From the NCBI GenBank assembly GCA_012295275.1, contig CM022672.1, positions 17,050,001-17,114,000 of the forward strand: a stretch of DNA of 64,000 bases, read 5' to 3'. How positions within the stretch are numbered: the stretch's first letter is position 1; the number at the start of each line of letters is the position of its first letter. The notes beneath the pieces are model-generated. The model had not been told where the DNA came from. It was given only the letters and a program-made list of their open reading frames with translations, and did no database searches. Below, piece by piece: positions 41,249 through 55,160 of the stretch. The position numbers and the translations under genes were made by a program. This DNA is from Chrysomallon squamiferum (lineage: Eukaryota; Animalia; Mollusca).

Positions 41249-41386
41249 CATATCCTGGATAACGACCATATACCGAATAACGACCATATCCTGGATAACG
41301 ACCATATATCGAATAACGACCATATCCTGGATAACGACCATGTACCGAATAACGACCATATCCTACGTAACCGCCATATCCTGGAT
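41249..41386 (+). repeat. Coding 18/36-bp tandem repeat (HILDND-HIPNND)
   Basis: catatcctggataacgac / catataccgaataacgac alternation, ~7.7 hexapeptide units, in frame within exon 41150-41393. Confidence 0.92.
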
Positions 41387-43274
41387 CCTGAGGGTATTTA
41401 TTATTTAATTATAATGTTAGATTTGTTCTAGTGCATCTAAGTCTGAACACAATAAGAGAGGAATAGATTTTGAAGAAAAACTTCCAAAATGTTACTGTCA
41501 GTATTCGGAAATTCTTTAGAAATCTACAATATAAAATGTATTTTGTTTTACCTATCGTTAAACATTTAATTCGTCTAAGATTGGCGGTACTACAGCTCTA
41601 TCTGATCTAAATATCAGAGGAATGATACTAATGATTTTTCTAATACATTTTGAATATCAGTTTCCAACATTATTGTAATTGTAATTATTTCATTATTTAC
41701 ATCAAAGTATATTTTTTATATTAGTGTAATTATTAACAAGAGAGAGAGAGTAATATACGTTAAAAAAATCTATTTTTCACAGCTTTCTTGGTTAAACATC
41801 ATTTGTCTGAGTCACCTGTGTTTTGTAAGAATGAAATACTGGCGGTCATTGGTGTGATGGGTGTGTTTCTGCTTCTCTTCGTGATTGTCGGCATCTTCCT
41901 TTTCTGTTGTCTCGTCAGACGTAAGGACAAGTTTAGAGTTGACGACTTTTCATCTTCCATCACACTCCCAACAAAAGTCAACTACTCGTAAATTTTCCTT
42001 ACAGTGCAGACTGAATAATAGATGGAAACTGACCCACTTCATGTCCAAGGACCTTCTCTTTTAATTGAACTAATTTTAAATGAATTAATAATATTGATTA
42101 CGTACTAACAGATTAAAATACACTACACACATACATCACCTATATTAGGTTAAATGTTATAACTTTTCTTCCTTATATTAACTTAATAAAGGAAACCTAA
42201 GCATTAATTGTTATGTTTGTTTTTAATTATATTTTAGTTTTTGCTTCGTATTTTTCCCCTTTTACGCTATTAATACATTTTAATTCAGTGAGGAAAAAGT
42301 TTAATAAATACTGAAAAATACTGAAACATTGATAACTGTGTTGTATGAATCATAAACACAAAGCCATGAACAGAACAAATAATGCACTCACAGTTTGCCA
42401 TTTTGTACACTTTTCTTTATAATAAATTTCATTTCGCCTTGAAAGTTACGGCTTCTTAAATGATAGTTCTAAACTTTTCGTAATATTCTTCAATGTGCTG
42501 CTGTACTGAACAATTAAATTTTCAAATTCCGTATCGGGATATATATTTAATTTTTATTCACTTTCAACTCCTCCCTTGCAAAAACAACAAAATTAAGCAG
42601 AAAATATTTCAGTTAAATAGCTGCTCAACAAAAAAGAAGGACAAACCAACGAGTACAGAACGGCGGCCATGATGGATACAAGATGACTATCATTTATCTA
42701 AGATACTTTTTCAGTGATAATAGAATTCACAATTTTGATATTGTTTTATTTTCTTAATTATGCTTATAAGAAAATAATAATAATAGTAGTAATTATTATT
42801 ATTATTATTATTATAGTTAAAATGTTTTATCGAGAGAGAAAAAAAAAAACATGATTTATCTTTATTCTAATTATTTATCCGTCCATATACCTAGAAATAA
42901 AACTATGAATAGAAACACAGACACAATCCTTTTTAAAGTAATTTAAACTTTTTCTAATTTCCAAATATAAATTTGCTGTAGATAAACATTCACATATTAT
43001 GTGGAAAGTACGTTAGTTTTGTTTTAAATACTAATTCACTTTGAAATGGTACCATGTCATTACCGTCCGCTGTCACCGGATGAAATTTTAGATTTACTGC
43101 TGTATTAGAATATTTTAATGCAAAAGTTATCAGTCATGTAAGTAAGAAATATCGCAGCTCAGTACATTAATCGTTTATCACACTGGAAGATCTGTTTCAC
43201 ATTCAGATATGTGGTTGACGTGTATTTTAGTGTTGAATCGTTGTATAATTCTCATAATTGTTTTAAATATGGTT

Positions 43275-43368
<94 letters not shown>

Positions 43369-43639
43369 TGAAATAATCAACATATTAAATGTTTCATTTC
43401 CAGTTAGAAGTCACACATTTGAAAATGATTTCACAGTAATAAACGAAAAAAAAATCTACTATTATATTGAATTTGTTTATGAACATATGCGAGGTAATAA
43501 ATAAATTTGGTGAGAAACTGCCATTATATAACTTTAACATAGCATTTTCTATCATAATGCAGGTTAATCAGTGTCCTTTTTATTCTCCAGCTGTTCTCTC
43601 CTTTCATCAGTGTGAATAATATATGAGAAAAATAAATAA

Positions 43640-43670
<31 letters not shown>

Positions 43671-44554
43671 ATTAGTTGAATAAATAAATAAATAAATAAA
43701 AATTAATTAATTGACAAATAAATTAAAATAAAATAAAAATAAAAATGAAAACAAGAATTTTATTAAGTGTTTATATCTTTTAATTATATTTGAAATGACT
43801 TTCTCTTCTATAAAGTTAAAACTGCCTGATTTTGAAATAAACTATGCGAGGTTTTTACCAAATGAATCTGTATGTTAACATAAAACTGTTTAATGGTGCC
43901 ACATCACATTTAGTACTTTATACCACCCTGGCCTCTTGCTGTTGACGCGTTCAATTACAGGCCAAACATTAAACCAGTTATTGCTTTGCAAAATTGATCT
44001 AATTTTTAACTAACTAACTTTGCACCCTAGCACATATGGTTATACTGACAGGATTAACAATTATTTATTACAAATTCGTCATCATAAATTAAATGAATTT
44101 GGAAGCTTAAAACACTGTAGAAAACTGTAGAAAATGAAAAGTTGATTTTTTTGAATCGAACATAATTGGCATACATTTCTGTTTTACCAGTGGCCAGTAA
44201 CGATGAATGGGACTCTTTTTTATCTTAGTTCTTGTTTCTATTTTTACTATTTTTTTTCAGAAGTATTTAATAAATAAAGTAATGTTTTTTTTTAACGAAG
44301 TAAATTTCTACATGTTATGTAATTGCAAATAATAATTTGTTCTTTTTCATTTCTATTAATATTTACTGACTAAATTTAATAACAAAATAAAACCATTTCA
44401 GGGAAGATACAAACTAATATGAAAGCAGCACACTGATAAATGAAACCAATGATGCAATGAACAACTCTTATGTACTAATACTACTAATTATGTGACATTT
44501 TCATGGGTTGGATGGTTATTTTAGAATTTAGAATAATTAAATAACAGTTAATTT

Positions 44555-45840
44555 TGTCAACAGAAAAAATCGCTGAAAGGCTTGGTAAATATTTCCAACT
44601 TGTTTCTCAGCAAGACAAGAATCAGCTGTATAAAAATGTAGCATCCTGAAAACAACGGGTATGGGAGAAGATAATGACCCCCACCAAAAAAGTCATAGAT
44701 AATAAATTATTTTGCTATGTTTACCGTATGCTGAGTGCGGATGACTCTCACATCTATTTACATTATAAACACAGATACAATTGTTTCATTTTATCATAAT
44801 TAGAAAATAACAACACCAGCCTTTTTTTTACAGTACTTGTTTTTATTTTTTGTTTACGCAATTGTCAAATTTGAATTATTATTCTATCCGAAGTAGAATA
44901 AACATTTCTAAATGATTTCATTATAACATGAACAGATGTTGGATCATGTTCTGGGTACGTAGTCTATAACCATGTATTTAAATTACATGCTGTTTATATA
45001 CTCTATAATGGAAAAGAAAATATTCATGATATTTTGATGTATTCTATATTGATACCAAGTCATTCTTAAGTTTTATTATTTGTTCTATGGTTTTTACATA
45101 AGATCGTCTCGATGAAGCTTTTGACATTTTTCTTACGAGAAGGTAATAATCATTGTTTAAAAAGCTGCTACAAGACAATGTATACTATTCATAGTTTTGG
45201 AAGTGGATTCTGTGTGCTGAAAATCAGATTCAGAATCTATTCAAACTGTAATCATATCATTTACATTATTTTTACGGATATCATACAGGAAAATCCTATG
45301 ATCTGAAATTCACCAGAGAAATACATTTTACGTGATATAAATTTGTAAGATAAATAAAATAAGTATAATTTTTCTGTGATGAAAGTAACGTTTCGCCGTT
45401 TTTCAATACATCGCATACATGGCAAGTGAACATCAAAATAACATGGAAACGTTTCATTAGAAATTGTATGAAAAATATATAATGTAGATTTATAGTTACG
45501 CACTAAGTATTCATAATATGATTCAACATCTGTTCATATTATAATGAAAAAAAATTAGAAACTGTTTATTCTAATTCAGCGATGATTACTAATTAACCTT
45601 TGTATGCTACTGAGTTGTGCTTAAAGAAAATAATAGATATTAGTGTGTTTTTAATTATCGTAATATTAAACAGTTTTATCATATAAACATATAACAAAAC
45701 GATAATTATTTACGTCTTTACTGGTAATTTTTGTTGTTAACAGGACTCTAGCGTCCACTATTCTCTTTTTCGCAGTTAATATCTTGCTGAAGCGCAAGAT
45801 GAAGATATTGACTAAACCTTTTGCAGTTTTCCAAATTGAT
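44555..45840. mobile_element. Foldback/MITE-like element with long degenerate inverted arms
   Basis: 44893-44950 is the imperfect reverse complement of 45517-45573; 44572-44620 is the imperfect reverse complement of 45776-45826. Confidence 0.55.
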
Positions 45841-48314
45841 TAGTATTTTTTGAGAAAGAAAACCTGTATGTTCTTCTGGTATCTATGAGAACAAATTATA
45901 ATTTTTATATTTATCGAGAACTATTTATTGCATATATCCGCAACTTTTAGTGAAAACTTACAGGTTGAGAGCACAGATTTTTATAAATGAAGACAATATG
46001 AATAATAATCATATGAATCATATTTTTAATACTTACAGCCACTTCAAAACTAAAACTGTTTCTACTGTGTCTAACAGAAACTTACGTTATATTGGTTGTT
46101 TAGTGTTCCATATAAAAACATGTCAAATGTTCAGTGAGATACTCGTCTACAAGATATTAAATGCCAAGAAGAGCAGATATAATCGAAACCTACATGAGAC
46201 TGTTAAGATAAAAGGAAAGACAAGATTTAAAACGACAGAAGACTTCTGGAGATATATTCGGGTAAAAAGTAAAAACAATCTCGATTTTTTTTTTCGCAGT
46301 GTTTAAATTAGGAATTTATTTCGACTATATCGGGGGGTAAAGGCACAAAGCTATCAATGTGAACGTAAAACAACTGATTTCAGACAATTCAGACATCATA
46401 CTAACCAAAAGGCCAAAATGGTACCCAAATTTGACTGTATATATTTTTATTACATCTATCTAATTACTCAATGTAAATTAATGTCAGTACACTAATATAA
46501 TTTGATAATGTGAAGTTTGGTTATAGGTTTATGTAATTAATTATGTTAAAGAATTATCCTTTGATATGTTTATGATTAATTTATTTATGGTGAGATTAGA
46601 AGATTTAAGATATTTTAAATGGTGTGAAGTACAATTTATTTTAATTTTGTTTTAATTATTCAATTAAAGGTATTGTGTTCTTAATTATCTTACTGGTTAT
46701 TGCTTGTCTCTGGACATATCTTCACACTGTGACAATATATCTGTACAATGTTACTTTTTTCAAATTAATTCAGTTATTCCTGATTAACAATTATATGCAC
46801 TGATTCGTAACTTATCTTTGCTCTTCGTTAGTCTAATAATTCACCAAAAAAAAATACGGATAGGTTCAACTAAATCTCTGTTATGAGTGCCAGCAATAAT
46901 ATGTCTTGTAGTATTAATGTGTTATAGTCAAACACTGTACAATTAAAGTGTTAAGTAGTACAATCAAATAAGCACTGTGTGTCAAGGCTAATGACTAATA
47001 CTCAGCTGCAATGTCCCACTGTTCGGTGGAAGTATCAGAAAGCTGTTTACAGATCTTCGTGTCGTGTGCTATTCTCTACCAGATAATTCCTTTCCGACAT
47101 TCATGTATTTCATCCCTCCATCGTCTCGCTGGTCTCTTCTTCTAGTTTCAATATGTTTTGAATATGCTTATATTTTATTTATTTATTTATTTACGTTCAC
47201 TATCACATATTTTGGATGATGAATGACTTAAAAAATAGGTATTTCCTTCAGCTTTTGGGTGGTTTATTATTGTTATTAATATTGTTGTTGATAATGTTAT
47301 TGTTATTCTTATTTTTGTCTTTTTTCAAAGTGAAAACAGTCTGCATAATTACTGCAAAATAAATTAACATTTAAAAAAAATATATATAATATGTACATAT
47401 TATTGTATATTTGGAAAGAGGTATGTCTTGGTTATTCATACGGTTTTAGCAAAACTAGAGTTTGAAGTAGGATGTACCACTTTTCTGAACTAAAGTGAAA
47501 ATATAAAACTTCAGTGGATATTTTCACACACAAAATATCCAATGTCTCATCTATTAGAAAGTTAATCTGTATTTGTAAATGTTATCCTTAGATACAGTAG
47601 AAAATTTAAGGTGGCTTTTGAAAGAATTATGTTCCTAATTTAATAAAACAAAATGGTATAAAATTAGGTAAGTAGATATGGCATTCAAAATGAAATGACA
47701 TTTATAGAAAACAAAATAAAATAAAATGTAAAATATAAAAGATGACAAGGCCCGAGTGTCTGGTTCACTCTGCTAATCGATTTGTTGTTGTTAAATCATT
47801 AAATCATTAAATACAGTTTTCCTTCTTTTTCTAAATTAAAGTTTGGAAGTATTTTTTCTTTCTTTTTTCAGCAAATATATTAATATATATATTTCTCGGT
47901 TTCATTTTGATATAATAAAATGTTTACTGAATGTTTTTTAATTTCATAATAGCAAAAAGAAAAAAACCAAAAGGAAAAAAATAGAAGGTAAAATAATAAT
48001 TTCAAAAATTCTATATTTTGTTTTCTTTTATTATTTTGAATTTCAGATCATCCAACAAAATGTAGTCTGTGCACATCATTCCACTCTGTGGAAGATAACT
48101 GAATTTGATTTCTCAGAACCAAAGAAGAATGTTTCAGTTTCCCTTTGGTATATCGAATATCACTACTGAATAGATTATAACTTAATAAGAAACAAAAAAA
48201 AAAAAAAGCGAGAAAAAAAAGAAGAAAAAGCTTAAATAATAATTAAGAAATTAAAAAAAAAAATTACAAATAGGTTTTTATCTTTTGCTTTTTTTTATTA
48301 CTTTATACAATACA

Positions 48315-48745
48315 AAAATAAACAAGAAAAGATATACTTAAATGTGCTTTTAATGAAATCAACGGAAAAATTGCCAAAACCCGCAGTGATTTAATAATAA
48401 AGAAATTATTGTTAGTACAGCAAATAAGCAAGAACAGATTTTATACTTAAATGTGCTTTTAATGAAATCCAACGACAAAATTGCCAAACCCGTAGTGATT
48501 TAATAGTAAACAAAATATTGCTATTACATCAAATAAGCAAGAAAAGATATACTGAAATGTGCTTTTAATGAAATCAACGAAAAAATTGCCAAAACCCGCA
48601 GTGATTTAATAACAAAGAAAATATTGTTAGTACAGCAAATAAGGAAGAAAAGCACTTACACTTAAATGTGCTTTTAATAAAATCTAACGACAAAATTGCC
48701 AAACCCGCAGTGATTTAATAATAAAGATAATATTATTATTACACC
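48315..48745. repeat. ~108-bp tandem repeat x4
   Basis: Unit contains atacttaaatgtgcttttaatgaaatcaacg..aaattgccaaaacccgcagtgatttaataataaag. Confidence 0.85.
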
Positions 48746-48978
48746 AAAATTTTCTTTTATTAGTGAATATAAATGTGCATAAAACGAGTCGATCGTTTTC
48801 CACTTATTATCCAATGACAAAATAACAAAAAACTCAGTATTTTAATTAATAATAAAGAAATATTTTTAGAACACTGTATTTTTTTATTTTATTAGAGAAA
48901 GTTCTTGTGTATAAATTGGGCCGATCACTTTCAACGTACTATTCAGTGTTTTCTGTACTGCAACACTGAATAAATCAT

Positions 48979-49571
48979 TTACTGGTAGACCACTTTTGTT
49001 GGGAGTCTGATGTCGTCACCTTTACCCGTGTCCTTACGTCTGATCAGACAACAGAAAAGGATGATGCTGAGAACCACGAAGAGAAGCAGAAACACGCCCA
49101 TCACACCCATGGCCGCCAGTATCCCAGAATTGATTTCATTTTCACACGACAGAGTTGACTGAGCTGACTGATGTAACATTAATAACTATGATTATTCCGC
49201 AAACAACAACAACAATACTTTACGTCGTCCTCCTTCACTGTAAGCTCAAACTTGGCATGGTATTTATTAGCTGGTATTGTCACATCCAAGTTTGTAAACT
49301 GGATATCATCTGAGGAGGAGGTAATATGTTTTATGTCTAACTTTACTGTTGTTTCTTGATCTGGTGGTATTTTTGTCTATAATAACTGATGCTGTTTTAC
49401 CTTCTTCTACTTCCAAATTAGTGTTTGACTCGAATTCTACGAATGCTGAAATAACAAAGTTAACGGTACTAACGAATAAATTCATATTTAAGTTTATAAA
49501 GTAGTTCTGCTGCTGAAGTTGTTTGGCAGCATTACACATTGCGGCACTTATCATTATATTAGATGTTCTTC

Positions 49572-49606
<35 letters not shown>

Positions 49607-49626
49607 ATAGTAGTAGTAATAATAAT

Positions 49627-49658
<32 letters not shown>

Positions 49659-50016
49659 CGGTAATAAGTAAATAACTGTGTAATGTCTCAGAGTACAATC
49701 GTGAATATCTCGAATACATCAGAGATAACTACATGAAAACTGTCCCCAATAACATGTCCTCTCACATTATTTCCTTCCTGTGTTCTCGTGCTATAAACGA
49801 AACAAATGAATGAAGATGATGTCTTGAAAAAGTAGAGTCAGAGTCCTAAAGACGTAATTAACAATATGAATCAGTGTTGATTTGTGTACTAGATTTCAAC
49901 TGATAGCACTAATTTTAAAACTAATAATAAAACATGATCTTACGCTTCGAGTACACGCAGGCTGTGGACATAAGACACACGGCAAGAAATAGATATCTAG
50001 ACCACAGGACGTCCAT
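48979..50016 (-). pseudogene. Internally deleted Calx-beta/ZP-family paralogue (copy E)
   Basis: Signal exon 50016-49944 (MDVLWSRYLFLAVCLMSTACVYSK). One Calx-beta exon 49445-~49224 has a +1 frameshift. It joins almost directly to the TM exon 49179-48979, which lacks its acceptor. Confidence 0.8.
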
Positions 50017-50548
50017 GCTAGGATAAAAATGTAATTACACTATATAAGTATGAAGTACATTATTACACAAGTATAAAATACGATAGTGCTAAAATATCAG
50101 ACAATTCCACAAGTATACATTATGACAAGTCTAAAATATAAGTAAATTATAAGAGTATAGAATATAATAGTACTAAAATATGAGTGAATTACAGAGGATT
50201 AATATATAAGTTAAATTTCGTTAATAATTTACAACATAAAAGAGCTTTCAGGTAACGTTTATACGGTTCAGAAGCAGGGTGTCTACTGTCTAGACTTCAG
50301 GAATCAAACAGAAGTACATTTCCTTCTTCATTCGTTAACCTGGCAGTATGAACAATGGACCTAACCACTCCGTTGATTATCAGAGGCCGTTTCAGAACCG
50401 TTAAAACAAACACAACTAGACAACTAGAATGGATTCTGCTTTAAAATGTAACACAATATTAAAAAGTGAATATTTGAAAAACATAATAAATATTTAGCAT
50501 CTATCAAAAGATAAACATGAAATATTATGCAGTACCTCTGTCAGGGTT

Positions 50549-50597
<49 letters not shown>

Positions 50598-53286
50598 TTT
50601 AGTTCAATTCGGACAAGATCAGGCGATAAAATGAACATGCTCATCAAAGTTGACGAAATCATTTGTTCGTTTCTTTTTTATAGTACGTAAAGTCGAAAGA
50701 GATGTCATCGACGAAAAATTGTTAAGTGAAACGATATTTTATTTTGTTGCGTATACCTCAATTCTCTTAACCATCGTGTGGAGTGAACCTTTAATTAAAT
50801 TTATATCAGAAGAACAAAGCTAGAAGTCCGAACTAGTTATTATGTTGTGAAGAATGTCTATTTAGTAGACATTATCAACATTATACCGTAGTGTAAAAAC
50901 AGGTCTGATACAGTTTTGTGGTTGGCAGCCGTAGGATAATCATAATGACGGTGGAACGATCCTAATGATCAAAATTCAAGAAGATTCTGAAAAGTTTTAT
51001 ATGTTTGAATACTTATATTTCTGCAGATAAAATGTACTGAACTAATACAATTTAAGACATTGTTGTTGTTTTTGCTGAAACAAAAACTTAAGGACTTTTT
51101 ATATTGATTCATGCAATAGCTGAACTGATGTCATTAAAAAGGAACAGAGAAAACTTAAATTATGATATGTTAAAAAGACAAAATAATGAATAACAAGTTT
51201 CCAAATAATTTTCAAGTTTTTGACAGTGGATATCTATTTCTATACTGTACCCCTTTTATTAAAGTCTGATCATGAACGGATTTTAAGTTTATTCCAGAAA
51301 GTTATTATCAAGCAGACAGTTGAGTATAGCTAGTTATTTGCCAACTCATTGACATGTTGATATTTATTTGTAACAGGTAGCATAAGAATTGTTTTTACAA
51401 ACAGATGACTATTAATTGACAATTGGAAAGAGATCTAAATTTATTTTCTGAACTTCAAACTAGCAGCGTACAGACGTGATCGTTTTCGTATTCCTAATTT
51501 AATATATTCCGAATATCAAATATATCAACATTACCTTAACCTGCCCCCTTGGCAACATCGTATGTGCGTTGAACAACACCCTTTCGGCCCCGAAGGTGGA
51601 GCGGATTTCTCTGGCAGTCTCGAGTGAAACTAGATGAACCTCAGCAAAATCAATCTTAGCTCTATAGCTATCTCATGGGAAACCGCCTCTGGATGAGCCT
51701 ATAGACACTGCATCCACCCAAAATCCACACTTCCACAGCATTCCACATTTCACACTGCATTTCCTTAGACTGACAAGTTCACGCCATAAGGCCTGAACAG
51801 CTGCAGATACCCAACAATCATTGCAGGTTGCCCAATGGCTGCTCCTCCCGCTACAAGAACCCGTAATTTAGCGGCGCTTTTCTCCCTTCTCTGAGCTTGT
51901 CTATCTGCTTTGGGTGTTTGGCTCCATGCCAGTAGCGGCGAGAGAGCATGTTCAACCATATGATAATCATAGAGCGGAGGAGCGCTCTGAGTCGCAGGAC
52001 TGAGTGTGTGATGTTCTGAATCAGAACCTTGCTTTTCGGCGTCACCGTGTCATTCGAGACCAGCTGTAAAGTAGCAGCATCAGCTGGGGGCTGGCGTTTG
52101 AACTTATCTGAAATAAGTCTAGGTGGGACCACTGCATTCCCCTGTCACAACCACGTTATCTTGATACCTGTCTGCTGCAAACCTAGGTTGCCTCCACCTG
52201 GCTTCGGCTGTGCCTGGATTCCTGCTCATTGGACTGTGTATTCTGCATCGTCTGGCCATGACCCATGTCTTCAGTCCCCCTGGAAATATACCCCAAATTC
52301 ACTTTTCACTCCTCCTGCACTACCACAACATCTCGTCCCATTGTGGTGCTCTAGAAAGTTTGCTTTCTTACCTTGTATAACTCTAATGTTGTGATGTGGT
52401 GTGTAGTAACACCTTTTGTTGCATCAGTCATCTGTCTAATGAAAGTCCGGTCTGGTCTTACCATTTAGCAGGCAAAAATTCAGGGACCCTGTTAGCATAC
52501 CAGTGCTTTTAAAGTAGTTTGCTACTATAGTTTACCGATGTTTCAAAAACAATTAAAACACTCAGTAAAACATTTAATTTCTGCTAGATTGTTCGGGTTG
52601 ATTCCAGCGGCTAACATTCTAATATCCCTTAAATATTTTAAGAACTTTTGTCTGTCTTGGATGGTATATTCCAATAATACACTCCCGAAAATCATAAACG
52701 CCGACGTCCATGTATGGTTTGAAGTAAACAAACAACCCGTTTCTCTCTCTTTTTTTTAATACTAATTTCCGCCCCTCCAACACCAGTTTACGTACTTAAT
52801 ACATTTCCCCGTCCCAAATTTTCTGCCTCTGAGTTTCACTCACCCCTATCCCGTCAAATGTACTGACCATTTGTAACGGATGACGAGTCATAAATTAATT
52901 TCGAAATTACTAGTAGTAGTATCCAACTCGCTGTTTTCCAATGTTCTGTCTTGTCAAACATTTTCTTCTTTTGATTTCCAGGCATTATCATTAGCTTTTT
53001 GTTGTTTTTTTTAAATCAAAAAGGCTGAAATGTACTGAATGAAAAATCGAGTGTATTTTTTCCTGCAGTTGCTATTAAGGCGTCTGAATGGAATGAACTA
53101 ATTTCTGGCACCATATTGAGCCAGTCAAACTGGAGTTAACTCCCTTTGGCCATTGATCTCCCGTCCAGCCGTTTACCGCTAACCACACAACCTGCCGTAT
53201 TTTGCGGCATTAAATCGCATTATTAGGTATTACAAATAATCTGTGTAATCTAAACAACGATCGATTTTTCTTCACCTTTTCTGTGG

Positions 53287-53347
<61 letters not shown>

Positions 53348-54509
53348 GCTGTTAATATTATTGTTATTGTTAATTTTGTCCTTTTTCAAAGTGAAAACAG
53401 ATTGTATAATTACTTCAAAATGAATTAGTATTTAAAAAAAAAAACGAAGCTTCTTTCAAAATAATATGTACAAGTTATACTATATTTGGAATTACATTGG
53501 TTATTTATGTTGATTCTGCAAAGGAGGATGTGCCATTTTTCTGAAGTAAAGTGAAAATATAAATCTGAAATGGGTATTTTCACACATACAAAAATATTAT
53601 TTCCAGTGTCCCAACTATTAGAAAGTTAATATTTATTTGAAAATTTAGTTCTTGCATATAGCAGAAAATATAAGGTGCTTTTTAAAAAGAATTATGTTCA
53701 TAATTTAACAAAAAATGATATATATTATGTAAGTAAATATGGCATTCAAAATGAAATGTAATTTATAATTAATTTTTTTAATGTAAAATATGCTAAGATC
53801 TGAGTATCTGCTTCATTGTGCTCATGGATTGGTGGTTGCTGGATCATTAATTCATTAAATACAGTTTTAATTAGTATATTTTTTTTAAATAAAAGTTTCC
53901 AAGTACATTTCGTTTCTTTACAGTTGAGCAAATATATATATATACACACGCATACACATATATACACACACACACATATATATACATACATATATACATA
54001 TAACAGGACTGTGAAAGATAATTAATTTTGAATTTATTAAAAGAAATAACAATATTTCAATTTCATTTCGATATATGTAAAATCTTCACTGACTGATTTA
54101 TAATTAAATAATAGCATAAGTAAAATTAAAACAAAATTAAAAGTAAAATAAGAATTTAAAAATATATATATTTTGCTTTTATTATTTAGTATAAGGGTAA
54201 AACGATATTAGCCTTAAACATACCTTTAATAATGTTCAGTGACAACAAAATTAAAACATTAATTAACGAATTTCAGACACAATGTAGTCAGTGTATATCA
54301 TTGTATTCTGCAGAAGAAAACTGCTTTTCATTTAGGAGGGAAAAAAAGTTTCTCTTTACTGTAGGAAAATCATTCTTGAATAAGTTATAATTTAACAACA
54401 GCATAAAATGAAACGAAAAGTAAAAAGGAAAAAATATTATAATAATTTTAAAACAAATTTAAAAAAACAACTTTTCATGTTTTGCTTTCCTTTATTACTT
54501 TCTACAATA

Positions 54510-55035
54510 TAAAAAGAACGAAGAAAAGATATTATACTTAAATGTGTATTTAATAAAATAAAACAAAAAAAATTGCCAAACTCACAGTTATTTAATAATA
54601 AAGAGAATATTGTTAGTATAGCAAATAAGCAAGAAAACATATTATGCTTAAATGTGCTTTTATTACAATCCAATGACAAATTTGTCAAACCCACAGTGAT
54701 TTGATAATAAAGAAGATATTGTTAGTACAAGAAACCAGGAAGAACAGAGTTTATACATAAACGTGCTTTTAATAAAATCCAACGACAATATTGTGAAACC
54801 CACAGTGGTTTAATAATAAAGAAAATATTGTTTGTACATCAAATTTGCAAGAGAATCTATTATACTTAAATGTAATTTTAATAAATCAACGACAAAATTC
54901 CCAAACCCGCAGTGATTTAATAATAAAGAAAATCCTATTAGTACACAAAGCAAGGAAGAAAAGCTATTACACTTTAATGTGCTTTTAATAAAATCCAACG
55001 ACAAAATTGTCAAACCCGCAGTGACTTAATAATTA
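54510..55035. repeat. ~108-bp tandem repeat x5 (paralogue of 48315-48745)
   Basis: Same unit, downstream of the copy C stop codon. Confidence 0.85.
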
Positions 55036-55160
55036 AAAAATATATATTCCTAGTTCACTAAAACATTTTTTTATTAGAGAATGTCCTTGTGTATAAACTG
55101 GGTCGATCATTTTCCACGTACTATTCAGTGTCTACTGTACTGCAACACTGAATAAATCCT

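Larger units (their letters stand above)
30568..41991 (+). pseudogene. Full-length signal, 2x Calx-beta, 2x EGF, ZP, furin, TM gene (copy B) with three frameshifts
   Basis: Exons 30568-30634 (MDVRWSGFLFLVCLTSRVCLAK), 33406-33647, 33984-34086, 34549-34777 (-1 nt), 35405-35507, 35921-36056 (+1 nt), 36866-36997, 37684-37895, 38897-39045, 39675-39820, 40172-40256, 40446-40627 (+1 nt), 41150-41393 (RTKR), 41783-41991 (TM). The indels could be assembly errors. Confidence 0.8.

Noticed and set aside
50263-50401. Possible 140-bp MITE (acggttcagaagc..gtttcagaaccgt)
   Set aside because: Short imperfect inverted ends, no clear TSD and no second copy in the window.
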